NCBI GenBank assembly: GCA_963795855.1
Contig: CAWCIZ010000003.1
Coordinates: 640,001 to 704,000, forward strand
From: Vulcanimicrobiota bacterium
Lineage (GTDB): Bacteria > Vulcanimicrobiota > Vulcanimicrobiia > Vulcanimicrobiales > Vulcanimicrobiaceae
DNA: 64,000 bases
Direction: 5' to 3'
Program-made: the position numbers and the translations under genes
The notes under the pieces: generated by a model
What the model saw: only the letters and a program-made list of their open reading frames with translations
The model's database searches: none
What the model was told of the DNA's origin: nothing
In this document: in pieces, positions 42,229 to 51,283 of the stretch
Layout of the letters: every line of letters begins with the position of its first letter
How positions within the stretch are numbered: position 1 is the first letter of the stretch

Positions 42229-42798
42229 ATGTCGACGAACGCGCTCGGCGCAATTGCAATCGTCCTGATGATCGCCATGGTAGTGACGCGAGTCGCGCTT
42301 CTCGCACGCCGCGGTATCGCAGCGATGAAGTTCGGCGGAACCGACAAAACCGATTTCGTAATTCTGCCTTTCGTGCTTTTTTATCTCTACCTGGTATTTG
42401 CGGGCGCGCTGCACTGGCCGACGGTGATACATTCGACGCTCTTTACGGTACCGTCGCTTTCATGGATCGGTGTAGCTTTATGCGCTGCGGCGCTCGTGCT
42501 GATGCTTGTGACGCTCGTCTCATTCGGCGCGAGCTTCCGCGTAGGGATCGACACGGAACGACCGGACAAACTCGTCACGTCGGGCGTCTTCGCGGTCACG
42601 AGAAACCCAATCTACGTCGCATTCGCCTCGATGCTAATCGGCGAGTTCTTGATACTTCCAAGTTGGATTCTGCTGCTTTACCTGATCGCGGGCGGAGCGC
42701 TTTTTCACCGGCAAGTCTTGCGCGAAGAAGCGTATCTAAGTCTTCACTATGGCGAAGCGTTTTGTAGTTATTGCCGGCGCGTGCGCAGATATCTCTAA
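42229..42798 (+). CDS. Isoprenylcysteine carboxyl-methyltransferase-family membrane protein
   Basis: SFRVGID, LVTSGVFAVTRNPIY, EEAYL...YG..F..YC.RVRRY. Confidence 0.88.
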   Translation: MSTNALGAIAIVLMIAMVVTRVALLARRGIAAMKFGGTDKTDFVILPFVLFYLYLVFAGALHWPTVIHSTLFTVPSLSWIGVALCAAALVLMLVTLVSFGASFRVGIDTERPDKLVTSGVFAVTRNPIYVAFASMLIGEFLILPSWILLLYLIAGGALFHRQVLREEAYLSLHYGEAFCSYCRRVRRYL

Positions 42799-42936
42799 CG
42801 CACGCACCGCAAAGGTATTACGCCGCCGGCCTCGTTGTTTTTACGGCATGCGAAGATGACGATCCCGACGAAGGCGCACCTTGTCAACGACGGTGATGGC
42901 GGCAGCGGCCTAGCCGGATCGATCAGCGACTTCAAT

Positions 42937-43581
42937 TTAATCTCTGATTCGTTCGCGAAACGCTAATTCGTGCCCGTACCTCGGCAATGCGCGCCGCCGA
43001 TGGCGGATCGCGCGAAGCGTCATCTTGCACAAAAGTGATGGTCCGATGCCGAGCAGCGCATAGACCGAGAACCCTTCCGGCGTCGTTGCATTTTGCCGCA
43101 TGAAACCGAACCGTTCCAGTAGGCGCGCGCCCTGAGGCGAAAACGCAACGGCACAAATGTTGGCCCCGAGCGGAGCCTTCGAGCGTTCGATTCCGGACCG
43201 CAGTGCGCGTTTCATCAATCCTCGCAACACGGCGGCGGATCGGTGTTCGGGGCGAATGACTATACCGGAAACGTACCAGTACTTGCAGCCCCGGACGTCA
43301 TCACGCGAGTGGAAGTCGTCAAGCGCGAGCGACCATCCTCCGCTCAAGATGCGCGCAAAGGCGCCGCGATGCAGAGGCCATGAAGTAATTCCTCCAACGA
43401 CGGCGCTCTGAAAAAGCAGCACGTGAACCGCGTCCGGATAGCGGCGCCACCAGCGCGCGTACGCCTCGAATTTTAGCGCGCCCTCACCGTAAAGCGTGCG
43501 GTTGACGTGCCAGAGTTCCTGCAGCCGCGTTTCATCGCGAACGGGTTCGACCGTATATCCCAGGGGAAGGCGCTCGTGCAA
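42937..43581 (-). CDS. GNAT-fold acyltransferase-like protein
   Basis: WYVSGIVIRPEHR (motif A-like) and SPQGARLLERFGF (motif B-like). Confidence 0.65.
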   Translation of the reverse strand: MHERLPLGYTVEPVRDETRLQELWHVNRTLYGEGALKFEAYARWWRRYPDAVHVLLFQSAVVGGITSWPLHRGAFARILSGGWSLALDDFHSRDDVRGCKYWYVSGIVIRPEHRSAAVLRGLMKRALRSGIERSKAPLGANICAVAFSPQGARLLERFGFMRQNATTPEGFSVYALLGIGPSLLCKMTLRAIRHRRRALPRYGHELAFRERIRD

Positions 43582-43651
43582 GAGCCGCGCGGCGATCGCG
43601 GCAACGCAGCGGAGTGACCCGGCAAGAAGCGCGCGTGAAAGGCGGTTTACG

Positions 43652-43825
43652 TTAGCACTTTCCGGGCGTGTCGGCGCCGGGTGGACAGAAGTCCTTGCCG
43701 CTGTCCGTCGTCAAATCGCCAATCGACGCATCGCTTTGGAATCCGCGGCCGTCGGTGTAGAGTCGAGGAACGAGGTAGGTGCATACAATAGCGGGCGCGC
43801 TGTACGTCATGATTTGATCGCTCAT
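43652..43825 (-). CDS. 57-aa peptide resembling a RiPP precursor
   Basis: MSDQIMTYSAPAIVCTY...DFCPPGADTPGKC; TATCAT lies 6 nt before the ATG (leaderless-type layout). Confidence 0.45.
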   Translation of the reverse strand: MSDQIMTYSAPAIVCTYLVPRLYTDGRGFQSDASIGDLTTDSGKDFCPPGADTPGKC

Positions 43826-44034
43826 TGCCACATGATACAAGGGAAGTGACCTTTCGCCATGATGCCGCTGTCCGTGCCCGTTGGCCCTAGCACGGTCCGG
43901 GAACGCGTCCGCCGGGCGCCGAGCGTAGGTCATTCATACTACCGCGTGATGGTCCGATATTCTTACGGCACTCCCACGGCACGACCGCGACGTACAGTAC
44001 GCATGCGAAGTGCTTTCGTGAAGGAGTTTCTACT

Positions 44035-44232
44035 ATGCGAACCCTCAGCCGAAACCTCAACCTCTTGGCAGCCGTAGCGTTTTTCGCCAGCGCGGCACTG
44101 CCGTGCACGGCACAGACTCCGCCGCCGGGCGACGCGACTGCCGCCGATCATCCCGCAAACGACCGGCCGTCCGCCGATCAACAAAATCATCGTGATGCGC
44201 GTGCCGCTCAACAATGGATGCAATGTCGGTAG
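44035..44232 (+). CDS. Small secreted hypothetical protein (possibly frameshifted)
   Basis: AAGGAG RBS and clear signal peptide; downstream frame ambiguous. Confidence 0.45.
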   Translation: MRTLSRNLNLLAAVAFFASAALPCTAQTPPPGDATAADHPANDRPSADQQNHRDARAAQQWMQCR

Positions 44233-44318
44233 TAGCGGCCAAGCGCTTCCGTATCAGCCGGCGCCAAGCCACCATCTGGCTCATGGCTCCTGGAATGTTG
44301 TCGTGATAGGGTGAGCTC

Positions 44319-44849
44319 ATGAAAAACACCATCGGTCACGCAATGCTCCTTAGCTTTGCGACGGTTGCGCTGGTCCTGTCCAGCTCGCAGCCAGGTGTCT
44401 CCGCGATGCCTACGCCGATTCCCGGCGGCGCAAATCAACTTCGAGGCGTAAGCGGAAGTCTTTCGTCTACGTTATTCAACGGCAAAATTCGGATCCGAAA
44501 GATGGCGTTACGGGCCTCCACGGCGGCCGAATACACGCCCGCGGATGGCCAGCGCGGAATAGTGCTGTCCTGGTTAGTTTCCAACGGCACAAAGTCAGAA
44601 CGCACCGGCTATTTTGCGGCATCGCTCGCCGATGCAGACGGCGTGGTCGTCAATGGTAAGCCGGTGACCGTGTACAGCGCATACTACTCGCTGCAACCGG
44701 GCGCGGCTGCGCGGCAAACTATGCAATTCGTATTACCGGCCGCTTATTCACCGACGAAAATTTTGCTTGTCGATCAGGGTGGCCCGGCCGGTCCGGCCTT
44801 TCGCATCGAACTGAAGAGCTCGGACATTCCGTCGCCGGCCGCACCTTAG
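44319..44849 (+). CDS. Secreted Ig-like (DUF4352-like) protein
   Basis: Signal peptide; V.NG, LADADG, LQPGAA, F.LP...P.KI pattern. Confidence 0.6.
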   Translation: MKNTIGHAMLLSFATVALVLSSSQPGVSAMPTPIPGGANQLRGVSGSLSSTLFNGKIRIRKMALRASTAAEYTPADGQRGIVLSWLVSNGTKSERTGYFAASLADADGVVVNGKPVTVYSAYYSLQPGAAARQTMQFVLPAAYSPTKILLVDQGGPAGPAFRIELKSSDIPSPAAP

Positions 44850-44911
44850 CGTCAACGGCGGTAGATTCGTTGTTCTTGCGGAGAGACGAGCGCTGAAAAC
44901 GAGGAAGACTA

Positions 44912-45238
44912 ATGCGTAAGACATTTTCTATTGGGATCTTTGCGTTCGTGCTGCTGCTCCAGTCTCAAAGCTGGGCCGGCTCCATGGGCAATGGCTCTGC
45001 CACCAGCGGCATGCAAGGCGTTAGCCTTCAACAATTTCGCAATGAATCCGACGCGAAGAAGCATTGCCCGGGCGATACGGTTGTTTGGGGTAGCAGCGCA
45101 AATCGCGGCATCTTTTTCACGAGCGGCGCCGGCCCTTATTCTTCTAGAGCCGGACAGCAAGTGCGCATCGGCGGCTTCTACGCTTGTGAGGCTGATGTGA
45201 AGAAGGCCCCCCGGTTAAAGATCAATTCCGGCGGCTGA
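44912..45238 (+). CDS. Small secreted hypothetical protein
   Basis: GAGG RBS, signal peptide, HCPGDTVVW...G.YACEA motif. Confidence 0.65.
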   Translation: MRKTFSIGIFAFVLLLQSQSWAGSMGNGSATSGMQGVSLQQFRNESDAKKHCPGDTVVWGSSANRGIFFTSGAGPYSSRAGQQVRIGGFYACEADVKKAPRLKINSGG

Positions 45239-45385
45239 TCGCGCCGGTTGAAACCTAGGGCAAATGATGCGCCGGCAACAGCAGTTCGCTTGGACCGCAG
45301 ATGGGCTGTGGGAGCTTACGCCTGCTCCGGCATGGCTCGCCGGCGTCAAACGCATTGATGGGTCGTTGATCCGTTTATAGCGAGT

Positions 45386-46105
45386 CTACACAATCAAAGT
45401 TGGACTGCAGCGGCTTTCGTAGGCGTTCGCCAAATCGTGAAGTTCGTGCTTGGCGTCGCCCGTGAACGCCGGTGCATGCATGAGCGCCATGCAAGAAATG
45501 TCGAGGTCGGCCAGTGAGCGGATGGTGGGCGCGGTCACAGCGGTAAGAGCGGTCGCACCAAAGCGATCCTCTGCCTGCATCGCCGGTTCGATTAGACCGT
45601 TTTCGGTCACGGGCGCCGTTCGGCCCGTGCACGTAAAGAGGTCACCGGCAAATAGAGTGCGCGTCGTTTCTTCGTAGATGACCCCGGCGTCCCAACCGTG
45701 GGGAACGTGTGGCGTCGCGATGTAGCGAATGCATTTGCCGCCTAAATCAATCGTTTGCGAACTCTTCATGGGACGCGCCGGGCGGATCGCCTGATCGTTG
45801 ACCGAGACCATGACGCCAATTGCGCCGTGCGCTACAGTTGAGGCCGGTGCTAGTGAAAGCCACTCGTTCATCGCGCCGCATTCGTCCGCTTCATAGTGGC
45901 CGAACATAATCCATCGCAATCTCGATGGCGTCAGGACTTGTGCGACTTGTTCGGCGACCACCGGAAATAACGCCCGCATGCCGGTGTGAAATAGCAGCGG
46001 TTCTTCCGCGTCGATCAAAAACTGGTTGAACACCATACCGGCCTGTGGAACGTATGTCGAAATGCGGTAAATCTGCGGCGCAATCTCATCGAGGCGTGTT
46101 TCCAT
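45386..46105 (-). CDS. Metallo-beta-lactamase-fold protein (flavodiiron N-domain-like)
   Basis: FNQFLI...PLLFHTG, HYEADECG, TPHVPHGW, TLFAGDLF, MH. Confidence 0.85.
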   Translation of the reverse strand: METRLDEIAPQIYRISTYVPQAGMVFNQFLIDAEEPLLFHTGMRALFPVVAEQVAQVLTPSRLRWIMFGHYEADECGAMNEWLSLAPASTVAHGAIGVMVSVNDQAIRPARPMKSSQTIDLGGKCIRYIATPHVPHGWDAGVIYEETTRTLFAGDLFTCTGRTAPVTENGLIEPAMQAEDRFGATALTAVTAPTIRSLADLDISCMALMHAPAFTGDAKHELHDLANAYESRCSPTLIV

Positions 46106-46279
46106 ACGTCAGCACGTTCGACGCTTCGTCGAAATGGCCTTAATTGTCGATAAGGCAAGCAATTGGAAGCAAGCGGCATCGTCACGCTTTGGACATTGTC
46201 CACGCGGTCAGTCGAAACGACCATGAAGGCTAAGCGCGGAGCCGCGGACAAGCTAGGCTGTCCGAAAAACCTTTGAAGA

Positions 46280-46327
46280 AACAAGCCACGGGCGATTAGC
46301 TCAGCTGGGAGAGCGCCTCCCTTACAA
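46280..46327 (+). repeat. Duplicate of the tRNA-Val 5' half plus 10 nt of leader (att-like site)
   Basis: AACAAGCCACGGGCGATTAGCTCAGCTGGGAGAGCGCCTCCCTTACAA matches 50171-50219 except one indel; stops at the end of the anticodon loop. Confidence 0.92.
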
Positions 46328-46871
46328 ATAGGCTTTCGCTATTTTGGCCGCTTCGAGAGAGCGCCGTTTCCTCGCGAAATGGGTGCTTTTTTGTGTCCCT
46401 GAGTGCCGTTTAGTGATCGCAAATGCAGCGAAATGCACCAGCGACAAGGGTAGAAACGAGGGTCAAGAAAAGGTTTCGGCGCTGCGAGTTTGTTAGCCGG
46501 TCATGAAAAGAGTGAACCACGCTAAGTCAGCGTTGTGCACTCAAAAACTTGTTGTGCCATCGCTCCCGCCTGCGAAAACAACGCTGGCAACAAGCGGTCG
46601 GCGCCATTCACTTCATAGCGTTTCATTGCGGTGTTGGTAACACCATGATCTATAGTATGGCGCCGATGGCGCACGTGCCCAAGCTGCTCAGAATAGTCAG
46701 CGTCTCTCGTGTGCGGTTCAGTCGGGTGCGCTGGGGACGCGCATGGTACGCTCCGCTGTGTGTGACGCCTTTCCCTTTCCGACATAATCAAACCAGGCGT
46801 GAAACATCACAAATGTCGCGTCATTACGGACGCGCGTGACGTAAGAGTATTTTGCCTGTCTCGATGGCAGA

Positions 46872-46920
46872 TTGACAACCCGCGCCATTTGTGATTCACT
46901 TGGTTTGTTTTTCAAACTAA
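46872..46920 (+). promoter_or_regulatory. Promoter/operator upstream of the membrane protein-wHTH pair
   Basis: TTGACA at 46872-46877; inverted repeat GTTTG-n5-CAAAC at 46903-46917. Confidence 0.45.
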
Positions 46921-46926
46921 TTTGAA

Positions 46927-47511
46927 GTGGAGACGTACTCTGTGGACCCCGAAGAGGCACAGCAGCATCTCTTAATGGTCGACACCATTCTGAGGCGCAA
47001 CGATACACGATCGCGCGCCGCTGCAGCCGCATATATTTTGTGGGGCGTGGGAAGCGCGCTGTACTACGTCTGGTTCATTCAGGCGTTTCGCGCGTTTCTC
47101 GGAATCTGGATCTTTAACGTCGCCTTTGCTGTGACGCTTGCAGCACTCGCGGCTAGCGTGTGGACGTTTCGCCTAGGTGTTCGAGATCGCGTGACGGTCG
47201 CGGATCGTCAGGCTCTCGCAGCCTTTGCGGGCGTCACCGTCGCCATGGTTCTGCTGAAATTGATATGGAATACAAACGGGCTGGTGCCAGGCCCGGCATA
47301 CGGCATCGTGTGGACATTTGGTTTCGCGGTAGCGCTTACGCTGCTCGGTTCCGGCGGCCAGCCAATCCTATTCATGGGCGGCATCGCGCTTTTCTGCGGA
47401 ATTTTCTTCGGTAGTTTGGTTCCTTCGCAACTGGCGGTCGTATTGTTCTTGGCGAATCTCACCGGCATAGCCGGACCCGGCATCTATTTTGCGTTGCGCC
47501 GTAGTCGTTGA
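46927..47511 (+). CDS. Six-TM hypothetical membrane protein
   Basis: EAQQHL..VDTIL N-terminal helix, then hydrophobic helices; coupled to the wHTH gene. Confidence 0.7.
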   Translation: METYSVDPEEAQQHLLMVDTILRRNDTRSRAAAAAYILWGVGSALYYVWFIQAFRAFLGIWIFNVAFAVTLAALAASVWTFRLGVRDRVTVADRQALAAFAGVTVAMVLLKLIWNTNGLVPGPAYGIVWTFGFAVALTLLGSGGQPILFMGGIALFCGIFFGSLVPSQLAVVLFLANLTGIAGPGIYFALRRSR

Positions 47512-47807
47512 TGGATGAAACTCTTCTGTCGAACATCCGGCTGTCAATCATCTCGGAATTGCTCACAAGCACGTGGGTTTCATTTCCCGAGCTCCTTAAG
47601 GCAACCGGCGCCACGAACGGAAACCTTAGCACGCATTTAGCCAAACTCGTCGACGCCGCTTATATCCGCGAAGACAAATCCATTGCCGGCCGCAGGCCGC
47701 TCACGAGATATAGCATGACGCCTGCGGGACGGCGCGCCTTCTTCAACCACTTAGAGGAACTAGAAGCGATTGCGCGCGCAGCGCGCTCCCATAAACGTCG
47801 TCGATAA
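47511..47807 (+). CDS. Winged-helix (ArsR/MarR-like) transcriptional regulator
   Basis: RLSIISEL, SF.EL...GATNGNLSTHL.KL.DA.YI, RP.TRY..T.AGRRAF. Confidence 0.9.
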   Translation: MDETLLSNIRLSIISELLTSTWVSFPELLKATGATNGNLSTHLAKLVDAAYIREDKSIAGRRPLTRYSMTPAGRRAFFNHLEELEAIARAARSHKRRR

Positions 47808-47822
47808 TCGGCAAAAGGAATC

Positions 47823-48887
47823 ATGAATATCATCATTCGATCGGCTCTAGCCACATCGCTCAGTTTTCTCATCCTCGCCGCTAAGGCGAACGCAGCGCCA
47901 CCAGCAACACCGCCGCTGGTGCCATTTTCTGTGAGCTTCAACCACTTCGACCATCACTGGTTCGAATGGATGCCGAACAACCGCAAATACGAAGCAATCG
48001 AAGCAATGGTTTCCGATGCATCGGACGGCAGCCATGGAATCATCGTTTTCGAAACCGAACGGGCAGCGCCGAAACGGCAAGTATTTTACACCAACGACCG
48101 CGCTTTTGCCGCGACCGGATTTGCGCTGTATCGCGACATTTCCTACCAAGTTGACGGCACAGCCACGGCGCCCCTAAGCATGCATGTGCATCTGCTCGAC
48201 CGGGACGGCGCCCCTGTAGACTGGTCGATTTCGTTCGCATCGGGTTCGGCTCTAGAATCCAAATACGCCGGCTTAACGAATCAAAGCGGGCATAGCGGCT
48301 CCCGGCTCTTCATGCTGTTCTATCGAGAAAAAGACGCTATAACAACGGACAATCATCTCACAATCGGCTCAACGGATTACACCCTGTCCCCAGCGCAGAT
48401 CGCAAAGCTCCCGTTCGGGCCCGCATATCACTCGAATGTCTTTATCGCAACGCTTCCATACGGCAGCGAACACGTTGCGATCCCTGACGCCGGTCATTTC
48501 AATCTCGGAAACGAAGTATATGCAAAGACGCAGAATCCCGATGGTTCAATCGACTGGCACGCTCGCCCGTATCCCGGACATGCCGTTACGCTTCACTTAG
48601 TCAACGGAGGGATCAGGACGTATGCGGTCGAGTCGTATGGTCACAGGTTTGCCGTGACGTTCTCTTCCGCGCTGACACCGCGGCCCGGCGCTACATGCTC
48701 GTTTTCCTTTTCGTTCGACGCGTTCACGAATCTCATGCACGGTACAATCGCAGTTGCGGGGTCCAACTCCGCGCCCCGGGTTGTGTGGATCATCGATTCG
48801 GCGTGGGCGAAAAATCGCCGTTTAGTCACAGAGTATTCAGGCCTTACGCCCTCAGGCTACACGTTCGACTTTAAGACGTTGCCGTAA
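47823..48887 (+). CDS. Hypothetical secreted beta-rich protein
   Basis: AAGGA RBS, signal peptide ending AKANA, 354 codons. Confidence 0.7.
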   Translation: MNIIIRSALATSLSFLILAAKANAAPPATPPLVPFSVSFNHFDHHWFEWMPNNRKYEAIEAMVSDASDGSHGIIVFETERAAPKRQVFYTNDRAFAATGFALYRDISYQVDGTATAPLSMHVHLLDRDGAPVDWSISFASGSALESKYAGLTNQSGHSGSRLFMLFYREKDAITTDNHLTIGSTDYTLSPAQIAKLPFGPAYHSNVFIATLPYGSEHVAIPDAGHFNLGNEVYAKTQNPDGSIDWHARPYPGHAVTLHLVNGGIRTYAVESYGHRFAVTFSSALTPRPGATCSFSFSFDAFTNLMHGTIAVAGSNSAPRVVWIIDSAWAKNRRLVTEYSGLTPSGYTFDFKTLP

Positions 48888-49352
48888 CCGAAGTTGCACG
48901 TTACTGCGAGCACGCTGAGGCGTTGAAAGGATGCGCCCGAGGTACAACGACAATCGAATTGTGCATTCGCCGTTCGCTAAAGCCGTGAAACAAACTGCGG
49001 CTCTGAACGTTGGCGATATTCTTGAGGAGCGCCGATCGTTATCGGCATGTTCCAATCGCTGTACGTTTTGACGTACGCGTCTTGCATGCTGATTGGAGCC
49101 GCCGCCGCGCCGTCGGTCTCATACCATTTTCCTAATACCTTGAGGACTGCTCCGGGTGGCCTGAACCATCGCCCGTAAGTCGCGAACGTGACACTCTTGA
49201 CGCAGGCGAGCGAGACGGACCCGCGCCCCGAAAGCCGCCTGCGTTTCAGGCTTAGCAACCGCGCCGGGACTCTGCGGGGACGGGCGTCTGTTACCCTTCG
49301 AGCACATCACAGGCTCGAGTCGTCCGGCGACTCGTGCTCATTGGAGGTAGCA

Positions 49353-49907
49353 ATGATATTTACTCCAGTAATTTTTGCCTTGGCGACAATCCTTAGTCCT
49401 CAATCCAAAAACGGCGCACCAAATTCGATCTCCAAAGCGAACGCGAGCACCGGGTACGATCGTTACGGCTTCCCCATCCTCAAGCCGGGACTCTGGCTCG
49501 TCACCACTACCGTCAGGGTACCGAAACTAGTCTCGGAAGGGCATCGCTACTGCGTGCCGCAGGCCGATGCCGCGCGAAACCTGATAGTACAGTTTCTGGC
49601 AGCACAGCCGGACGGAGGCTACAAATGTCAGCTTTCGGGGGGCGCCAACGGCTCCGGCAGCGCATCTTGTAGCAGACTCTCGCAATCGTACACGGGCATG
49701 ACGACGATCGCGAATCTCACGTGGACTGCCATGGCGAACCGCCTGCAGACGAGCTTCCAAACGAACGTCGTCGGCAACGTGAAGTTCAGTTCAGCCGATC
49801 CGCGGCAGCCCTCGGGTGAAGTGCCGTTTGATGAAATGATTCTCGGCTGGTATCAAGGGTCATGCATCCCCACACCCCAGCCGACCGAGACAGCGACACC
49901 ACGCTAG
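49353..49907 (+). CDS. Secreted DUF3617-like protein
   Basis: GGAGG RBS; LKPGLWLVTT...YC...C...C...W.G.C cysteine pattern. Confidence 0.6.
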   Translation: MIFTPVIFALATILSPQSKNGAPNSISKANASTGYDRYGFPILKPGLWLVTTTVRVPKLVSEGHRYCVPQADAARNLIVQFLAAQPDGGYKCQLSGGANGSGSASCSRLSQSYTGMTTIANLTWTAMANRLQTSFQTNVVGNVKFSSADPRQPSGEVPFDEMILGWYQGSCIPTPQPTETATPR

Positions 49908-49919
49908 CGACACCACGCT
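49892..49919 (+). repeat. 14-bp tandem duplication
   Basis: AGCGACACCACGCT twice. Confidence 0.8.
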
Positions 49920-50180
49920 ATCGATGACATTCAACGCTCTTTAGTTGCGGCGCTCGCGCTGAACAACGCGCGCTAGGGCTGCATGAATCAATGGCGTCTG
50001 CGCGCCCAAGCCACTATCTGGCCCATTGCTTCTACAATGCGGTGCTGATACGGTGAGTGAAGCTGATCCGGGTTGGTGGACTGCGGCAGCCACTTCATTT
50101 AAGAAGGATAACCACCAGCGCGAGGGCCAAAGGGCAGTGCAGACGTCGCGTGACGAAAAAAGTCCGTCTGAACAAGCCAC

Positions 50181-50257
50181 GGGCGATTAGCTCAGACTGG
50201 GAGAGCGCCTCCCTTACAAGGAGGATGTCGGCGGTTCGAGCCCGTCATCGCCCACCA
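50181..50257 (+). tRNA. tRNA-Val (TAC), CCA encoded
   Basis: GGGCGAT/ATCGCCC acceptor stem, CCTCC-CTTACAA-GGAGG anticodon arm, GGTTCGAGCCC T-arm. Confidence 0.95.
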
Positions 50258-50269
50258 CTTACCACCTCT

Positions 50270-51085
50270 ATGGATTTGCAAGAACGCACGTACCGAGTTC
50301 ATCACACCAGCGCCTCCGAGAGCGGCGGCATCGCCGTCGTGACGATGGCCGGCCCGAGAAGCGCAACGCGCTCTCGCTCGAACTGATGCGCGAACTCATC
50401 GATGCGTTCCGCGCGATCGGCGCCGATCGCGCCGTTCAAGTCGTCATCCTCCGCGGTGAAGGCCAGGCCTTCAGCGCGGGCCACGATCTGCGCGAGACTG
50501 CAGTGCCGCGACGTCGCCGCCTACCGCGAGATCTTCGACACGTGCGTGGAGTTGATGGAAACCATCCAGTCGATTCCCCAGCCGGTCATCGCCGAAGTCG
50601 CAACGATCGCGACGGCCGCGGGATGCCAGCTGGTGGCAACGTGCGATCTGGCGGTTGCCGCGCAAGAGGCGCGATTCGCCACGCCCGGCGTGCGCATCGG
50701 CCTGTTCTGCACGACGCCGATGGTGGCGCTCTCGCGCAGTATCGGCCGCAAGCGCGCGATGGAGATGCTGCTCACGGGCGACTTCATCGATGCGGCCACG
50801 GCGGCGGAATGGGGCCTGGTTAACCGCGTTGTTCCCGCGGACCGGCTGACTGCGGAAACGCTGGCACTTGCCGGCAAGATCGCCGAGGCAAGCCCCGCGG
50901 TCGTCGGCCTCGGAAAGCAGGCCTACTACGTGCAAATCGACCTCGAGCAAGGCGCCGCCTACGGGTATGCTAAGGAAGTCATGACGCTCAACGCCATGGA
51001 CGGCGACGCGCAGGAGGGTATCTCTGCGTTCGTCGGACGGCGGAAGCCCACGTGGCGGCAAAAAAGACATTCTGTTAATATTTAG
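50270..51085 (+). CDS. Enoyl-CoA hydratase/isomerase (several frameshifts in the 5' part)
   Basis: AFSAGHDL, PQPVIAEV..IATAAGCQLVATCDL, ATPGV.IGLFC, GLVNRVV, EGISAF. Confidence 0.88.
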
Positions 51086-51142
51086 GTATAAGTCGACCTA
51101 CGCGAAGGGGTCTGCGGCAAGGCCGCTAAACGAACGGGTACT

Positions 51143-51265
51143 CCGGCACATCTGTGGGCAGTGTCGCGAGGATTACAATAAAAGCGTCGCCCACACCCGG
51201 TATGCGGGAAACCGCATACGCGACGGCAGTGAGGGCTCGCTTTCGGCGGGCCTTCCTGTTTTTTG
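51143..51265 (+). promoter_or_regulatory. Structured leader with intrinsic terminator (candidate attenuator or ncRNA)
   Basis: Stems TGTGGGC/GCCCACA and GTATGCGG-GAAA-CCGCATAC; 10-bp hairpin at 51231-51255 followed by CTGTTTTTT. Confidence 0.55.
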
Positions 51266-51283
51266 CTCGAAAGGCGCCAGCCC

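Larger units (their letters stand above)
46280..50219. mobile_element. Cryptic island upstream of tRNA-Val, bounded by 5'-half tRNA repeats
   Basis: Direct repeats at 46280-46327 and 50171-50219; interior more AT-rich with orphan genes; no intact integrase. Confidence 0.78.

Noticed and set aside
51143..51265. T-box for ileS
   Set aside because: No GGTGG.ACC T-box bulge or specifier stem, and two genes separate it from ileS
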